NCBI GenBank assembly: GCA_024704765.1
Contig: JAKMXF010000313.1
Location: forward strand, 150,675-214,674
DNA: 64,000 nt
Direction: 5' to 3'
From: Oopsacas minuta
Lineage: Eukaryota; Animalia; Porifera
This document shows positions 38,652 through 54,367 of this stretch, piece after piece. A model generated the notes under the pieces. That model saw nothing but the letters and a program-made list of their open reading frames with translations, was not told where the DNA came from and ran no database searches. The position numbers and the translations under genes were made by a program. Position 1 is the first letter of the stretch; every line of letters starts with the position of its first letter.

Positions 38652-41600
38652 TTACAACTTTCCTTTTCGCTGTAAAACTTCCTGAACAAGTTGTTTTTTG
38701 TATGTATCCCAGCGTTTGTTTAGATTATAACTTTTGATTGCACATTCTTTGCTTGGGTAATGTTCAATAATGTCCGCACGCATTGTCTCAAGTGTTCTTC
38801 CGTTGTCATGGTGCATGAAGGTGAAAGTTGGTACCAAAATACAAGTCACTTTTCCTTCAGCGATGACCTGTCCATTTTCCAACTTTTCTCCAACTCCGAA
38901 GTAGTCTCCTGGCGTGAGGTAGCCTACAGCCCAAGTGTGGGTTTGTATTTTTAGTTTTGGTTTATATGTTGGAATCTTTTTTTGTCTTCTAGTCGCGGCA
39001 TCGTTTAATTCACCCCTAAAATACAATATATATAATGCTCGATACTAAATTATGTAAATGTACACAGTACACTAAGTTGACTGATTTATAGAGGTCGCTA
39101 GCCCGGCCCGAGCCTGAAGCCCGTTTGAGCTCGGGCTTTAGCTTCTGGCTTCGGGACTACAGTTTAGGGTTCCGAATATCCCGGCCAATAACTTATGGAA
39201 TAATTTTCAAAATAAATTCAATTATATTATTCTCTCCATTACTCTACTACAGTTAGGGTCGCTTCATGGTCGTAAGCGGAAAAATGATTTTTGAGGAGCC
39301 TGACAGAATTTGTGAGGGCACAGCTTGTCAAAATACATTCAGTTTTCAACTAATCTGTATATAATCAATATTTTCAATAATTTTGGAGGGGCCTACTGAG
39401 AATTTTGTGGCCAGCCCCCTCAGCGCTACTCTCATGTGTGCTTAATGTGAACCTCTTAGGGACTGAAACTCTTGTGTATAATAAAGAGAATTCATATGTA
39501 GCGAACTGAATATAGTACGAAGTCTACAGGAGTAATTTTATAGGGACAATAGGCTGGTTCTTAATAGGAGGATGATAATAAACGGGTCTATATTATGCCA
39601 CAATCACTGTATTGTAGTTAAACTAGAGCTTAACTAGAGATCGCAGGGCGAGGAGGCAAGAATGAATAATTGCCTCAATATGATGGCGATTGTAATAGGG
39701 AGATGAGACAACGACCGAAAAAGAGAGGAGGCAACTGCCTGCTAAGCCTCAATGCTAGTTATGCCCTAGTTAATATTTAACATTTTAGTCAAATTCAGTG
39801 AAGGTGGAATAATGTGAACAAGTTTGTTATGGGCATCCTCCTCTTATGAACCCGTCGGGTGTTCCTATAAATTCTTGCCGTAGGCTTCGTACCTAGTATA
39901 TAGACTTCGCTAAATATAAAGTATATATACATATTACATATATTATGAATAAGAATTTTGCTACCGTGGGGGTACACAATAATCTACCCGACTATATGGT
40001 GAATAACTATGTAGCTTTAGAATAGGAAAATGATTACAATTGATGGGCAGTATTCTATCATACCTGAAAAAATATCCAGGGGGCTAAATCCCGCCAAATA
40101 TAAGCCTGGACTCGCCCCTGTTCTAACATATGGGTATAGGCGCCGAACCCGGTGGACTGGGGGATCTCGTTTGGTTACAGGCTCATAGAGCTAATTAATA
40201 CAAAAACATATAAGCAATTTTTTTCATAATTTAGTCCACTTATGCAACCAATGTGTGTAGAGAGAAGGCATTAGGAACTTATTCATACTAGTCTAGGAGG
40301 TTTTTGTGATTTGAATATCAAAGATTTTACAATTTGTGTGATACTACGTATTAACAGTATAATTATACCAACCATTAAAGCCCAATCCAGTTACCCTTTT
40401 ATCTAAAATAATAAACAGTTGAAATCGGGTATTTTGTCCATTTGATCGAACTACCAAAACGACAAAATAACCCAATAGACAAATAAACTCATTATGCTAA
40501 ATACTGATAGTAGACAAGATTATTTTGATAGCTAATATACGCCAATTGACAATAAACACTAAGGCTGCATATTGTTTGCTATTAATTAGGGCATGTACTA
40601 ATCGAGTATTTGAAAAATCACTAATATATATTCTATAAGACAAAATAAGTCGAACATATTTTCGATCGTTTACATTCTCATATAGACAAACTAACCCGAA
40701 GTCAAAGACAAAAACATCCGATTATTTTATATGGGAATTTCGAATAAACAATATATACACTGACTTGACGACAATAAAACTCGATGGGACAAAATAGCCC
40801 GATTTCAACTGTAATTATCCCTAGGATTTTTCTGTCATGTTCATTTGAACCTTAACTTGCACATCTAAGCGACACAATGACGAATCACAAATTACTGATT
40901 CTTCAGATAAAATTTGTTATTTCGGAATTCGTATGTATATGCATTTTCACACTTTACTGTTATGCAATATTTGGTCCCCTCACAGTATGTCCTGCCGGAC
41001 CATATTTGGCGCCATGGATGGTTCCCCACATCCACCAATCGACCCACTCGGCCCACATATGGCCCTATAGATGGTCCGACCTGACTATACTTATATGGCG
41101 TAATATATGGTCCCGGGACTATTCATGGCGCTATGGATGGTCCCCTCTAGAGTGTAATCTGCCCCCCTGATAAATCTAATAAAGTAAAGAACTAAATTTA
41201 TAAAGGGGTATGAAGCTTGCTATGGTTGTTAAATAGAATATTTTCTCGAATTAGTTAATATAATTATTACTATTCAATATTCTAATTCAATTATATTGAT
41301 TTTCCTATTTCTTTGTACTGTAGCTGATAGTTTTTCCTGGGATTAGTGGAAATCCCTATTATCGATTACATATTTAGAGAGATGGAAGGAATGTTAAACT
41401 GCCAAATTGTGACTATTAACAGCTATCGCTAAAATTTACTTATATTTCCATTCCTATTTGTCTTACCTTAATTCGAAGTATATCATTCAAAAATATGGAT
41501 AATATTTAGAAACATATAGCTTAAACTAACCTTAGCTTGACTGTTTTTAGCTCAAATTGGCTGTTAACAGCAAAAAGATTAGATTTGAAAGCTCAAATCA

Positions 41601-44600
41601 ACTCTAAACTATTAATTGGTTGGAAAATTGTAACAGCCAATAGTAAGCTGTTAACAGCATTTTCACCATCCCTCCCATGTGACCATGTTAGAGATTAACT
41701 AATTGTATGCATAATGCATTCGGTATACCATACTTTTTGTCAAACAGCAAAATTCACTAACGGAGTTTTCAGTGAATAACATAGACACATTTCGTATATG
41801 AAATTATGAATATCAAATATGGTAGGGAAATTCCTCTATCAGAGCAACATAGTGGCCGGTAACTTAGTATGGTGATTACGAATTTGCCAATTTTTGCAAC
41901 TTCACCGTTACTCACTGAAGTGTCAGAATGTTGGCAAGTATTCGGCTATAAATTTGTATAATGGCTCAGTATTAAAGTCAGTACAGACAGATAGCTCGTT
42001 AATTTGGACCGGTCCAGATCGATCTGAACCGTGGTCCATTCCAGACCACTGCATCCCTGGTGTATACAGTGGAACCTCTATAAGCGGGGCAATTTGAGTC
42101 CACCTTCCATAGAAACGAACGTTTATAAGTGGGTAGTGGGGCATAATTTAGAAAATAATATGCCTCATGCCATTGAAATCTCCCTCTACTATAAGTGGGA
42201 AATTCTACGATAAATTTTCTTGAATAATCAATTTTTGTGCTAAATTTGGAAAAATACACGTATTTATCGCTATGATGAATTGAATTTTTCATGATAGCAA
42301 TAGACGTCCCTATAAAATTAATCCCATAGGATTGTAACGGAATTTTTCCTACACTTTGAGTGACTTTTGAATATAGGACGGTAGCGTGGCCATTGTCAAG
42401 TTTGTTAAGTTTTGTAAGCCTGCTGGAGGATAGTTATTTTACGTTTGGTGGATAACCCCTATAAATAACATGAGCTCTAGCACTTACTATGAACCTATGA
42501 TCGTACTATATACTATGGATATTGGCCTTATCAAAGCACAATGAAGTTTGTTTATTAGCAACTTAGGTTTTGACTTTTGATTCTCAAACAGTTTCTACTA
42601 TGAGAAGTTGCCAATGGGGAAATGTGGTTAGTCCTAAAAACACGTGTATATTTCCAAAGTAATAAAAAATATTGTTAATTAGCGAACTGTACTGAAATAT
42701 TTCCAACACTACGAATTAATTTACTTAAGCCACTAACCAATTATCTAGAAATATTTTTATCAATTTGTACCTGGTCTCATATTTCATAAATTTCCCTTAT
42801 AATTTGCCATTGATTTGACTTAGGTGAATTTCTCACAATTCGCGGATGTACCTTCAATCGCGACTAAATACTCTTTTTCAAAACGATTTCATTTCTATAT
42901 TTATTATGAAACCAGTTTATTGATAGTTAGTATTGTATACTGCCTCTTTCTGGTTGCGGGTCACACTTCATCTCTTCCCACATATACTAATTACCCTTGA
43001 TTTGTATTTGAAATTAGAATACTACTTCACGATTAGGTGTTATTTCTAGATTATTAGTTTCATATGAGATATGTCAACTAAAGAGGAAGTAGAAAATGAA
43101 GTTTCGGAGTTCGTAAGTCCACTCAAAGTCGACAAGCTGAAGGCTGAGCTGAAGCGCAGAGGCGTAGACACAACCGGTAAGAAGGCAGACCTAGTGAAAC
43201 GACTGCAAGATATCATGGTCAATGAGCGGTTACAGGGAGAGGATATCCCTCTGGAACCAGAAAACGGAACTCCAGAGGTGGTAGAGACAGACTTGCCTGA
43301 CGACTCTGTACACAGTACTACAGAGCAGCAGGAATACAACACACACAAAGAGATGCAGGAGATTCCTGCTGAGACTGTAAACCCAGAATGTATTACAGAG
43401 CAGCCGTCACATGATTGTTTAGTAGCACCGCCTCCAATCGTAGAGATGGACACAGTACCTGAAACTAAATCTGAAGGCTTTGACGCCTCTAAAGCTCCTC
43501 CAGACTCTACAGAGAAAATGGATGATGAAGAGTGTCAGGAGCCTAAATCTAAGCCTGATCCAGTAGAGGAGCTCCCTCCTCTAGATGCTGATACCGTAGA
43601 TGAGGACGATGCAGACCAAACAATGCAATTGGAGCCTGACCCGTACATACCTCCTGAGGACCAGAAACTGATCTTGTTGGACCTTGCTAACTGTGAGCTG
43701 AACTTACAGATTATGGATGAGGGTCTGACTGCTCAGAACATTCAAGATGGACCCATGCAACTCTTATGGGCGGGGGGAAGGGCGAACTTTGGGGTGAAGG
43801 AGGGTAAGTTTGCGTTTGAGTGTCAGGTCCTTAAGTCTCTAGAGACGACTATTGATCATGACAATATCCCCGACCCCGGAGTGAGGGTAGGGTGGTCTAC
43901 AGATAGATGTCCCTTCCTCCTCGGGGCAGCTCCGAACTCCTACGCTTACGACAGTTCCGGGAATATTGTCCGAGATAGAAATTTAACTGCCTATGGTCCC
44001 AGTTTCACAGAAGGAGATGTGATTACCGCAATGATTAACTTCGAAAGCGATCCTCCAGAGATTTCCTTCTCTCTGAACGGTACTGGAATAGGATTAGCTC
44101 ACCAAACACCTAAAGGAAACAGAGAGGCATTCTTCCCTCATATCGCTACCCGTCAATTCAAACTTCAGGTCAATTTTGGTGCTACTCCCTTCCAGCACGA
44201 ACTGCCTGAAGGGTTCCTCCCACTCACTAGCGGGACAGAAGAACAACTCATTAAACCAGGCGAGCGGATAGGGGATGATAAGGAGATTTTATTTATAATA
44301 GGACTGCCTGGCTGTGGGAAGACCAGATGGGTTGAGAAGTTCATGATGAATAACGAAGGTAAGAGGTACACACATGTGTGTGATGAGTCTATACAGCCTC
44401 TCTTCTTCCCAGATGTTGTTAGAAAGCGCACTTTTGAAGGAGATCCAGTCTCCACCTTTAAACCCTTAGCTTTCAAAAGTCAACTCCTTGACGGGTTTTG
44501 TCAATTAGCAGCAAGGAAGGATCGACACTTAATTATTGACGCTCGTTCTATTTTTAAAACTACACAGGCTCGTAGAATGAAACCATTCAATGGATTCAAA

Positions 44601-47600
44601 AGGATAGCAATTGTTGTACACCCATTCGATAACTTCCTTTCTTACAGACAGAGACAAGTGGCAGACTATATTCCTAGACCAGCTGTGCTCTCTCAAATGA
44701 AAATAGCCTTCTACATACCGGAGGAGGGAGAGCTGTTTTCAGAAGTCCGTTTCCCAGAACTAATGAAGGATAAAGTTATCTTGTCTCTGCAGGGAGAACC
44801 TCAATGGGCACCGCGCAAGGACAACCGCCGGAGAGACAGGTATCCCCGTATGGGACGTGGAGGGAGGAGAGACTATCGAGACTATCGCTCCCACCCACCC
44901 GGGCCTTATCGTGGATACTACGGAGGCAGTCACGGGTACAACAGAGGAGGATATGCACCCTACCCCATGTACGGAGGTAGCTATGGTCACAGTCAAGGTG
45001 GCTATGGGTACGGACAGGGGAGCGGGTACAGTCCTGGTGGGTACAATAGTTATAGAGGTGGATACTACGACCGTAGACAGAGTGGTGGAAACCGAGGAAA
45101 TAAACGACCTAGAAAGTAATAGCATAGTAAACTACATTACAATAATATTATTCTAGTTCGCTCTCCCTCTATGACCTTACTGAGATGCATACAGCAAGTA
45201 GAGTATATTCTCTACATAGCATTTACTAACTAACGAGAATTAGCATCTACTAACTAACGAGAATAGCTCACTTTATTTTAAATAAATTCATTATTAGTAA
45301 TTTAGTATATGACATACCTGAAGTTGGCTTAGTTCATACATTGCCGCTTTCTTTACACTAATTATTACCATTTTTCTTGTATACATCATGCATTATCATA
45401 CAATCTGCCTCACAAGTCTATACGTACTTTGTTATTGACTTATTCTGCATGTATTTAATCCAGATAATACCAGGGATGTTTATTAAGAAATAAATAGAAT
45501 TACGTATGCTAGCCTGAAGCAAATGTATCTCATAGCAGTATGCTAAATCCAATTTTTACATTTTTAGTTAGTATTAGTGATATTTATAGAATTATTTGTT
45601 GCTTTTATGTATAGTGTATGCAGTAGAACTCGGATAATCGTACCCCCGGCAGTGTTCTCTCTAAGGAATCCTGGGTATTCCCCCGGAATTTTCTCATAAA
45701 ATGTTCTATCCCCAGGATATTTGGCAGAATTTATCACAATTTCCAGTACCACCCGGATTTTTGGTTGTACTCCCCAGAATTTTTACAACACCCCGAAAGC
45801 TAGAAGGAACACCACCCTCGGGATACAAATCAACACGTAATAACCGAGGACTACCGTATACAATTATATAATCTAAAATTATCATGAGAGAGGTTGGCTT
45901 TGGTTTCTAATTTCGTACAGTGGATATCGCTTATAAAATCACAAGTTAGAATAAAATATCGGATATAAGAATTAAGAAGAATCTTTTCAAGAAGATTGTT
46001 CTTATAACTGGTATGTTATTATGACTGATGTTTATATAAGCAATATCCACTGTAGCACCAGTTCATGGTTGAACGATTTGCAAATAGTAGGGCATGGTTT
46101 AGTTAATTTGTAAACGCATAGGCGTAGGAGTAGGTCCGGCTTTGGCCGGACCTTTTTTGGGAAGAATTTGCTGGTCGGGCTTTGAGCCGACAATGACTTT
46201 TCTTATTTTGATGAATTATTGCTTCGCGCTAGTATCCAAAGCATGGAAATAGTTTTCTAACTTGTTAATCTTTATATATTTCCATTTTCCCAAGTAGAAC
46301 CAACGTTTGTTTCTATTTCTATCCGGACCAGTTTTTGAAGTGCTACGCCACTGAAACGTTATGAGATTCAGAAATATAATGCAGTACATCCTCGCTAATC
46401 CGAATAGCACTGTTCCAATTACAAAATAATTCGTTCGGATCAGTGAAATGCATTGAAACTATATTAAAGGAACTCAATTTGATGCTAAGCTACTTGATTA
46501 TTTGTGATATGGAATTCTTGTTTTATTGTAATTTCATTCTAAAATACCTTGGATATTACCCCTCTAGCTCCGCGCCTGGGTGTGGACAAATGTATGATTA
46601 ATTTATTACCGCGACTTGCAGTGCAAACCTGTCTCACAGTAGATAGTGTTCTCTCATATTCAATTAGGGAATAATATTCCCCAACCAAACAATTAGGGGA
46701 TAGCGAGCTAGCTAATCCCATAAAATTATATTTCCGAATCTTATAAGAATATTTAGATAAAACAATAAAGGTGGAAACACTAGTTAATTAAGTTGGAATT
46801 TCTTAACTTAAATAAAGTAACAAATTATCAAAGTATTTGTACTCAGTAACATGAGTATTCACTTTATCAATAATTATTCAGATAAATTTAGTTCTCAATT
46901 ACTCATTGACAATATTATTGCATGCAAATAAATTGGATATTTCGCATGTTGCTATATTTATTAACGTCCACTACATACGTATATAAATTGCACAACTAAT
47001 TTTAGGCAAATAGGTTGATTTTCAAATATGCTTTCACTCTTGCTTCTTGTTTCCGCAGTTAGGAACCGAGTAAATCCAGCCAGGACACGTCTCTAAATGC
47101 TTCTTCGATATTTTCTTCCTCAATTTAACGCCGCAATTATTACAAGTGGTCATTCTCTCAGGACAAAGTGTCTTGGCATGAATTCCAATTTCACTCTTCA
47201 TAAAATCTTTAAAACAGTAATTGCAGGTCACATATTCGTTTTCTGTGGCATTAAATGTATGTTTTGCGGATTTGGTTTGTTTCTGGCTTTCACAACATTC
47301 CTTTTCACAATGCAGAGCGAAATTCTTCCTCTTTATGTCTCTCTTACACAAGGTGCACTTCTTAAATGCTTCTGGACACACTCGCGCCACATGGTAGTCA
47401 ATTGTAGCATGTTTAACCGATGAGGTACACAATCTACAAATTACCTTCCTAGCTGACATTGTGTATGTAGTTTTATCTGCGATTTATTCTCTTAAATAGA
47501 TAATTATTTTGTGGTCTTACGGGTACATTTATAGTGTGTGTCATTTGGTTTCACACATCGCTACAGGTATGATCTTTGCTTTTCTATAATTATGCAGACT

Positions 47601-50600
47601 AAGAGTATAATTATGTAACTCCTGTGTGTGTAAAAAATTATTTTATCCACTCAACGTTACGTGAGTATAAAAATGTAGTATGTTTACCATTTTCTTGAAC
47701 TTTGCACAACTGAATTTTTGATGACATTGAAAAAACACTTTTTAGTATGCCTTGGCCTAATCAATTGTTGATGCAATTGTTTGATTGCCACACTTAGCTA
47801 TTGAAACTAATGATTTCATTTATGTCCTTTGAATACGTTTGATTGATATAGTAGAACTATCTATGTGTGCATCTATGTAATGATAATTTAGCTAGAAATA
47901 GGATGGTTTTGTGCAAGTGTGTACAGCTTCAGATCGAGCAACTAACAGCGCAATAATAATGTTGTAGTAATAACTGCTTGATGCACAACATGTTGTGTAG
48001 GCTGCTGTAGGGTATCGTGCTGTAGAGTTGTCAAAAGAACAAAGCTCTATTTTATTTTGTTATTACAGACATATATTTATTTTGTATACTACAGGAGTAT
48101 ATATAGGTAAACCTTCGAAACGCGGCATCATCGGCCGTAACCATTTGAGCGCATTTCTGAGAGTTACCTGTAGTAGTATATTATTAATTATATCGAACGA
48201 AATGGAATCCTATGGAATCCTATGTTGGTCCACAAGATCAGAGCATTACCTCGTAGACCCTTACAATTTACGGCTACAGTATACGTATATCAAATTATAT
48301 ATAACCAGGGTTTAGTCTAAGTCTTAGAACCACAAGCCTAAAGTGACATCTTTAATTTTATTATACGAAGCAAGACAGGACCGGATGATTATTATCACTA
48401 ATGGAGGTCTACTCCAATTAGTAAACAAGAAACAATGTTAGTTTCAGATAAACAAATTTTATGCAATATAAATCTAGGTAAGTATGTAGTAACACATAGC
48501 ATAAGCTCAACTAGTGTAATTTGGGTGGAACCACACCTGAACTTGAATGTCTATGGGTGGTTTAAACACACATTGACAAGGGGACATTGTCCAAAAAATT
48601 GCTATTCAAATTTGAATGTCTGATTCGAATTTATCTCATAAATATGTGGATATCGTGTTTATGATCAAAATTTAGTAGGATTCGATAGGGCTTAACAAAC
48701 AATATCAAAAACAGTAGAACTCGGATAAGACTTACACTTGGTTCGGGACTAAATATTCGGCTAAATATTTCCCCGAGAATGCGACTGAATTTTGTTATTT
48801 CCACATATCTCGAGAAATATGTATGATAGAGCTGAAGCATGTATTAGTGACATATAGGAATATGGTATCAAAATATGCATTTCAATTACCTAAAATATGA
48901 TATCTCATCATCCAGTTTCGCAAAAAGATATTTTTAGAGAGAATAATGCTGTTTTTCAAGCTGTGTTTAACCGTGTTTTCAGTGTTTTAATTCTTGACAG
49001 TTGTATATAATGAATGACAGATGCAATACTAATTTTGTATTGTATCCTTGATTCAATACGATAGATGGTAGCGAAGTTAAAATGGATAGGGTAGTAACAC
49101 AAAGCTTGCCACCATCTTCGTTGGAAGCGTTCGTAATGTTTGAACAGACCATTAGAATAAGCTCCGAACATAAATTATGTTCAGCACTTTACACCCATAC
49201 CAATTTAGTATTGCACTCAACATTATCAAACTTGAGTAAATATTCTCACATAATAATCTTCATTACGTATTAGCCACTCTATTCACTGAACAGCTAAGCA
49301 GGTATTCTTTATGATTGTTAATTAGGCATTGTGAGAGGTATGACATGGACACACATTATCAAGGATCTGACCAAAGCGTGAGCGCACATAGCAATGACTC
49401 TATTCCTGAGAATTCTGACGAGATCAAGCTCTTAACTGAAGATACTAATGTGATACAAGGATGTGAACATACAGCTAACACAGATCTCAAAGTTAAATCT
49501 ACTTGGTTTAGATTATATATTTTGTTCCTATTTAGCTCGTTATGCTTTCTACAAAATCTATTTGTTAATACATGGGGACCGATGGCAGATTCTGTAGAGA
49601 TTGCCTTGAACAGAAATGATCAAGGCACTACTGTTGCTTGGTTATCAAACTCAGCTGCTATTGCTTACATACCTGGAGTTGTCATATTCTATCTAATCAT
49701 CAATCATTTAGGATTGAGGTTTGGAGTTGTTGTTGCTACTCTCTTAGTTTGTCTATGTGGGATTCTTCGTTGCTTTATATTTTCTACTTCTAGTATCTTC
49801 GGGACAAGTCTACTGTTTTTCGCTCAGTTTTTAAATGGACTTGCTGGCCCCGTTGTAGTAAGCGCAACTACACAGTTATCTGCTAACTGGTTTCCTTCTA
49901 ATGAACGTAATATAGCTACAGCTATCAGCGGGCAATCTAGCAACATTGGAATATCAATATCTTTTATCCTGGGTCCTCTGTTAGTACCAGATGTTAATAC
50001 GTCCTCATTCATATCAAGCAGTACTAAGTCTGTTATAACGAATTCAATTCTACATCTGTTGTACATAGAAGCAGTAGCAGCTGTTCTTCTATTTATTCTA
50101 ATCGTACTATATTTCCCCAGTAGACCGAAATCAGCTCCGAGTGTTAGTGCTACTGTTGATAGATTGAATTTTGTATCAACAATCAAATCCTATTCCCGTA
50201 ACTACCCTCTGATTCTCCTATCTCTCTGCTATGCTATACCTGTAGGGGTTAATACTGGTTGGTATGGATTTCTATATCCTAATCTTAGGAAACTATCTGT
50301 TCACGTATCACAGAATTATGTAGGTTGGCTGGGATTCTACATGTCTACAGCTGGAGCTTTCTCAGCTGTCTTTTTTTCTACAATAGCAGGTTGCTTTCCT
50401 CGAAGAAAGAAGCTCCTGGTAGTTACACTATTCATTTCAGCTAGTATATTGCTAGCTTTTTTCTCTTTTATATGTTTAGATATAATTCAGATCGGAGATA
50501 ACATATACAAACTTCTGACCATAACAGGCATTACATGCGGCATATTCTTATCAGCTGTTGATCCTATCTTAAAGGAACTTATTGTTGAGGTGGGGTTCCC

Positions 50601-53600
50601 TATAGCGGAATTTAACAGTACACTAACTGCTTCATTGATATTCGATATCATCATGATACTATTCTTTGGTATTGCTAGCCTTTCTTTTCTGGGAACTACT
50701 TGGATCAATTGGTTCCAACTCGCTGTTTACATCGCTTCTGCATTTATGATACTCCTAACTCCTATTAAGCTACATAGATTGGATCGAGATACCAGTTATT
50801 AATAATCAGTAGAGTTAGTTTAATTTTATTTATGTCTTTGTATGTATTTATTGCTCGAATTATTGATATAATGATTGTTTTCTTTCTCGTAATTTATCCT
50901 ACGTAATTTGAATTATAATTACAGTAAATTCCGGCTATAACCAAGCTGAATATACCGAATACCTGCTTATATCATAATTATAATTATAATGTGTTCCCCC
51001 AAAGCAAGTCATTTAACGCGCTTAACCTGTGAAATGACGCGCTTATTATATCTAGATGTCTTAAAATGTGGAGAGCCTATTCATAAGGCTTCATATATGT
51101 ATATGCGATAAAGGCTGCGCTCAATCTCACTTATGAGCACTCTACAAAAATCCTGTGGGAAATTATAATTCTTCCATTTTATACTTTTATTACATATTTA
51201 TTGTTATATAACGAACTGAAACTGAGGTTATGAGCAGTTCGTTATAATATTATTGGGAGTTCACTGTAATTATAGCCTCTAAGAAAATTTATTATAAATG
51301 GTAACTTAGGTGTGTATTATTTGCGTGTATCATATTAAATGGTTCATAATGAACATCCCCTCTGTGGTATGTACAAGTATATAAACTAATAACAGCCTTC
51401 CCAAACGGAAGTAACGTTCTCGGTCTATGTTTAGAATATTACATTGATAAATACATGTAAAACTGCTGAAATATGACAATGATAACATACTTTATATCTT
51501 ACCTTTCAGTGAATTCCTGATTGTCATTATCATGGTATAGAGACTCATCTTTACACTCTGCTCCCAAATCTCTGAACAGATCGGGATTAGAATGAGATCT
51601 TTTTAAATAGTACTCGTTATAACCCTGAAAGAGCTTCTTCTCATATAGTTCTATATCCTGTACCACTTTGCATTGTCCCGTCACTATGAAGTATACATGA
51701 TCCTTCTTAGGGAAATTTCTGAATATTACAGTGTTAGGAGAGAATTCTTCAATACTGCTTGACTCAGTGATAATGCTAATTTTACTATCACTCCAGGATT
51801 GCATGTATTTAAACTGTTTGAAGAAATTATGCCTAATCTCCCAATCCTGTTCAGTCATCTTTTTCATAACAACCTAGATTAGAAAGACTAGAGGGTTAAC
51901 TATCGTATTTACTTCACTAATTGTTATAGTTATTCTCAGATTATAACGATTATGTTTACATAAATGAAAATATTACATTTGCCTTTACTATTTTACATAA
52001 TAAATTCATAATTAATATATTTGCTAAGTGAGATGTTAACATTTGGAACATGTTAACATCTACCGCGGGAGATGTTGACATTATTGGTTTATACATTTCC
52101 CGAAATGTTATTTCATGGCTTCTGAAACGCAAAATTCAAAGGTGGTACGGATAGCACCGTCAGTCACGAAATATATATGTATTTCCAACAGGGGAAAATA
52201 TTTAAATTATAAGTTTAGTGAAAATAACCAATCCTTTCGTAAACCTCCCATTACTTGTCTGACAGTCGATTATCTTATCATCGCCGTAAGTTTGATAGAT
52301 AACTTTATACACATGGAACATGATAGCAAATTGTTAAACTTCAAACATATCGGACACACACTGATTTAACCATTTCACTATACAAACATACATCAATGAG
52401 GAGCTAGTTCCTTATGATGGCATGAGAAACCCAAAGATTCAAATTGACGAGCAGTCAAAATTTTCCAGCACTTCCAGAATCAATTTCATTGTATTTATTA
52501 TACAATAAGTTCGATAGTATGTGGAGTAAGTAGTAGGTAGTAAGTATTTATCAAATAGTTTGTCAATAAATGTGTTGTTTTCTTTGCGGTTAATTAGTTA
52601 AAATGATGGCAAAAGTTTCACTAAATCAAAGTGAAGTCAATACTTTGGTGAGTCTTGTGTATGTTTTCTAGGAAGAACAATATTTAGAAGATGCATAAAC
52701 CAATAATGTCAACATCTCCCGCGTTAGATGTTAACATGTTCCAAATGTCAACATCTCCCTTAGCATATTTATTGCTTTTGTAGCTATAATAGTTGGAGGA
52801 TTATGTTGAATCTTCCGCCGAGTTGGATATCGCATATATAGAAATCGATTATTCGCGTAGCAGTAGACCCTCGCTAATCCGAACAGCCCTAAACCACTGT
52901 CAAAAATAAATAATTTTTCGGATTAGTGAATTGTATTCAAACAATGCTATGTAAATATATATATATTTTGAAGCAGTGAAGTTTCCAGGGGGAACGCGGG
53001 GGAACGCCGTTCCCCCACTAATGTCTCACTCGTTCAACATTTTGTTTGCGAATTTAGCATTCTTGTAATAGTTAGACCCACATACATTATGTATAATATT
53101 TTTTAGTCTACGCTTTCTTTTATATCACTAGCACAGAACAAACAAAATTGTAGTAGGTGTAATTGGAATTCCTCGTAGTAGTATGGTAGTAATAATATTT
53201 GTATTTTAACATTTGAATTTAATTATTACATCATTTTTCACGCCTAGGTGGATAGAGCGTTCCCCCACTTATAAATTTGGGAAAACATCACTGTTTTGAA
53301 GTAGGACTAAATGTGTAACAGACTATGAACTATCTGACATGTTTTATTTGCTAGTTTAGTAAATTCCCAGTGGAATGTCTAACTATCAGGTCTTTTTTAA
53401 ACATTTCGGATCATTTCCAATACTAATTCGTCTCTATGCCCGGATTTGCCATGGTCTACTTACTCTACTACTTTGTTATCGGAAATTAAAACGATTTTCA
53501 AAAAATCGCGTTAATTTCATGGAGCTTTTAATTTCCTATGAGGTCACTCCAATTCAATACATTGTTTCCCATCACCCGCACCAATCGATTATTCATTATC

Positions 53601-54287
53601 TCATATTTCAGCCAATATTTGACAATTTATCTATAACTTTCCATTCGAACCTATTCCTCACTAGATAAAACTTCTGGGAAATAACTTGGCCAACTACAAT
53701 TCATGAATTTGTTTTGTTTACCTTGACCGCTTGGTCTTTAGAATACCGAAGCGAATTCATCATTATGTATGTAGGTACTTCATATTTCATTTATTTTTAT
53801 ATTTCATCCGAAAATATTTCAAATTCTAATTAATGAATAATAATTAATGAACCGTCCGTTCGTATGCTATTTGGATCCCTCTGTAGTGGGAAACTATGTA
53901 ATAATAATAATAATAATAATAATAATATATCCTTAATTTATTGCTCACTTCAAAATCTTCTTTATGAACAACTAGTAATTCTGACATTTCCTTCGACACT
54001 ATTGTAGCTCTTTTCTTACACTCGTGTATCAGTGCAAGTTCCCCGAATGAAGATCCCTCTCTCAGTTCAGTTACAATCTTAGTTTTTTCTAAATTCAGAG
54101 TTGTCTGATCTTCTTCCATTACCTCAACCAAGACAGATCCTGACACTATGAAGTAGAAGCTGCAAGCCTGGTCTCCTTGCTTTTGTATCACTTTATCTTT
54201 GTTGTATGCCTGGAATTCTATTACTTTGCTCAGTTCATATCGAACAGTTGGAGGATATTTCTCAAAAAACTTTATGCGGCCTACCTA

Positions 54288-54367
<80 letters not shown>

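Noticed and set aside
44760-45156. Overlapping ORFs at the hnRNP U 3' end
   Set aside because: Alternative-frame or antisense products of the GC-rich RGG/YGG coding region.
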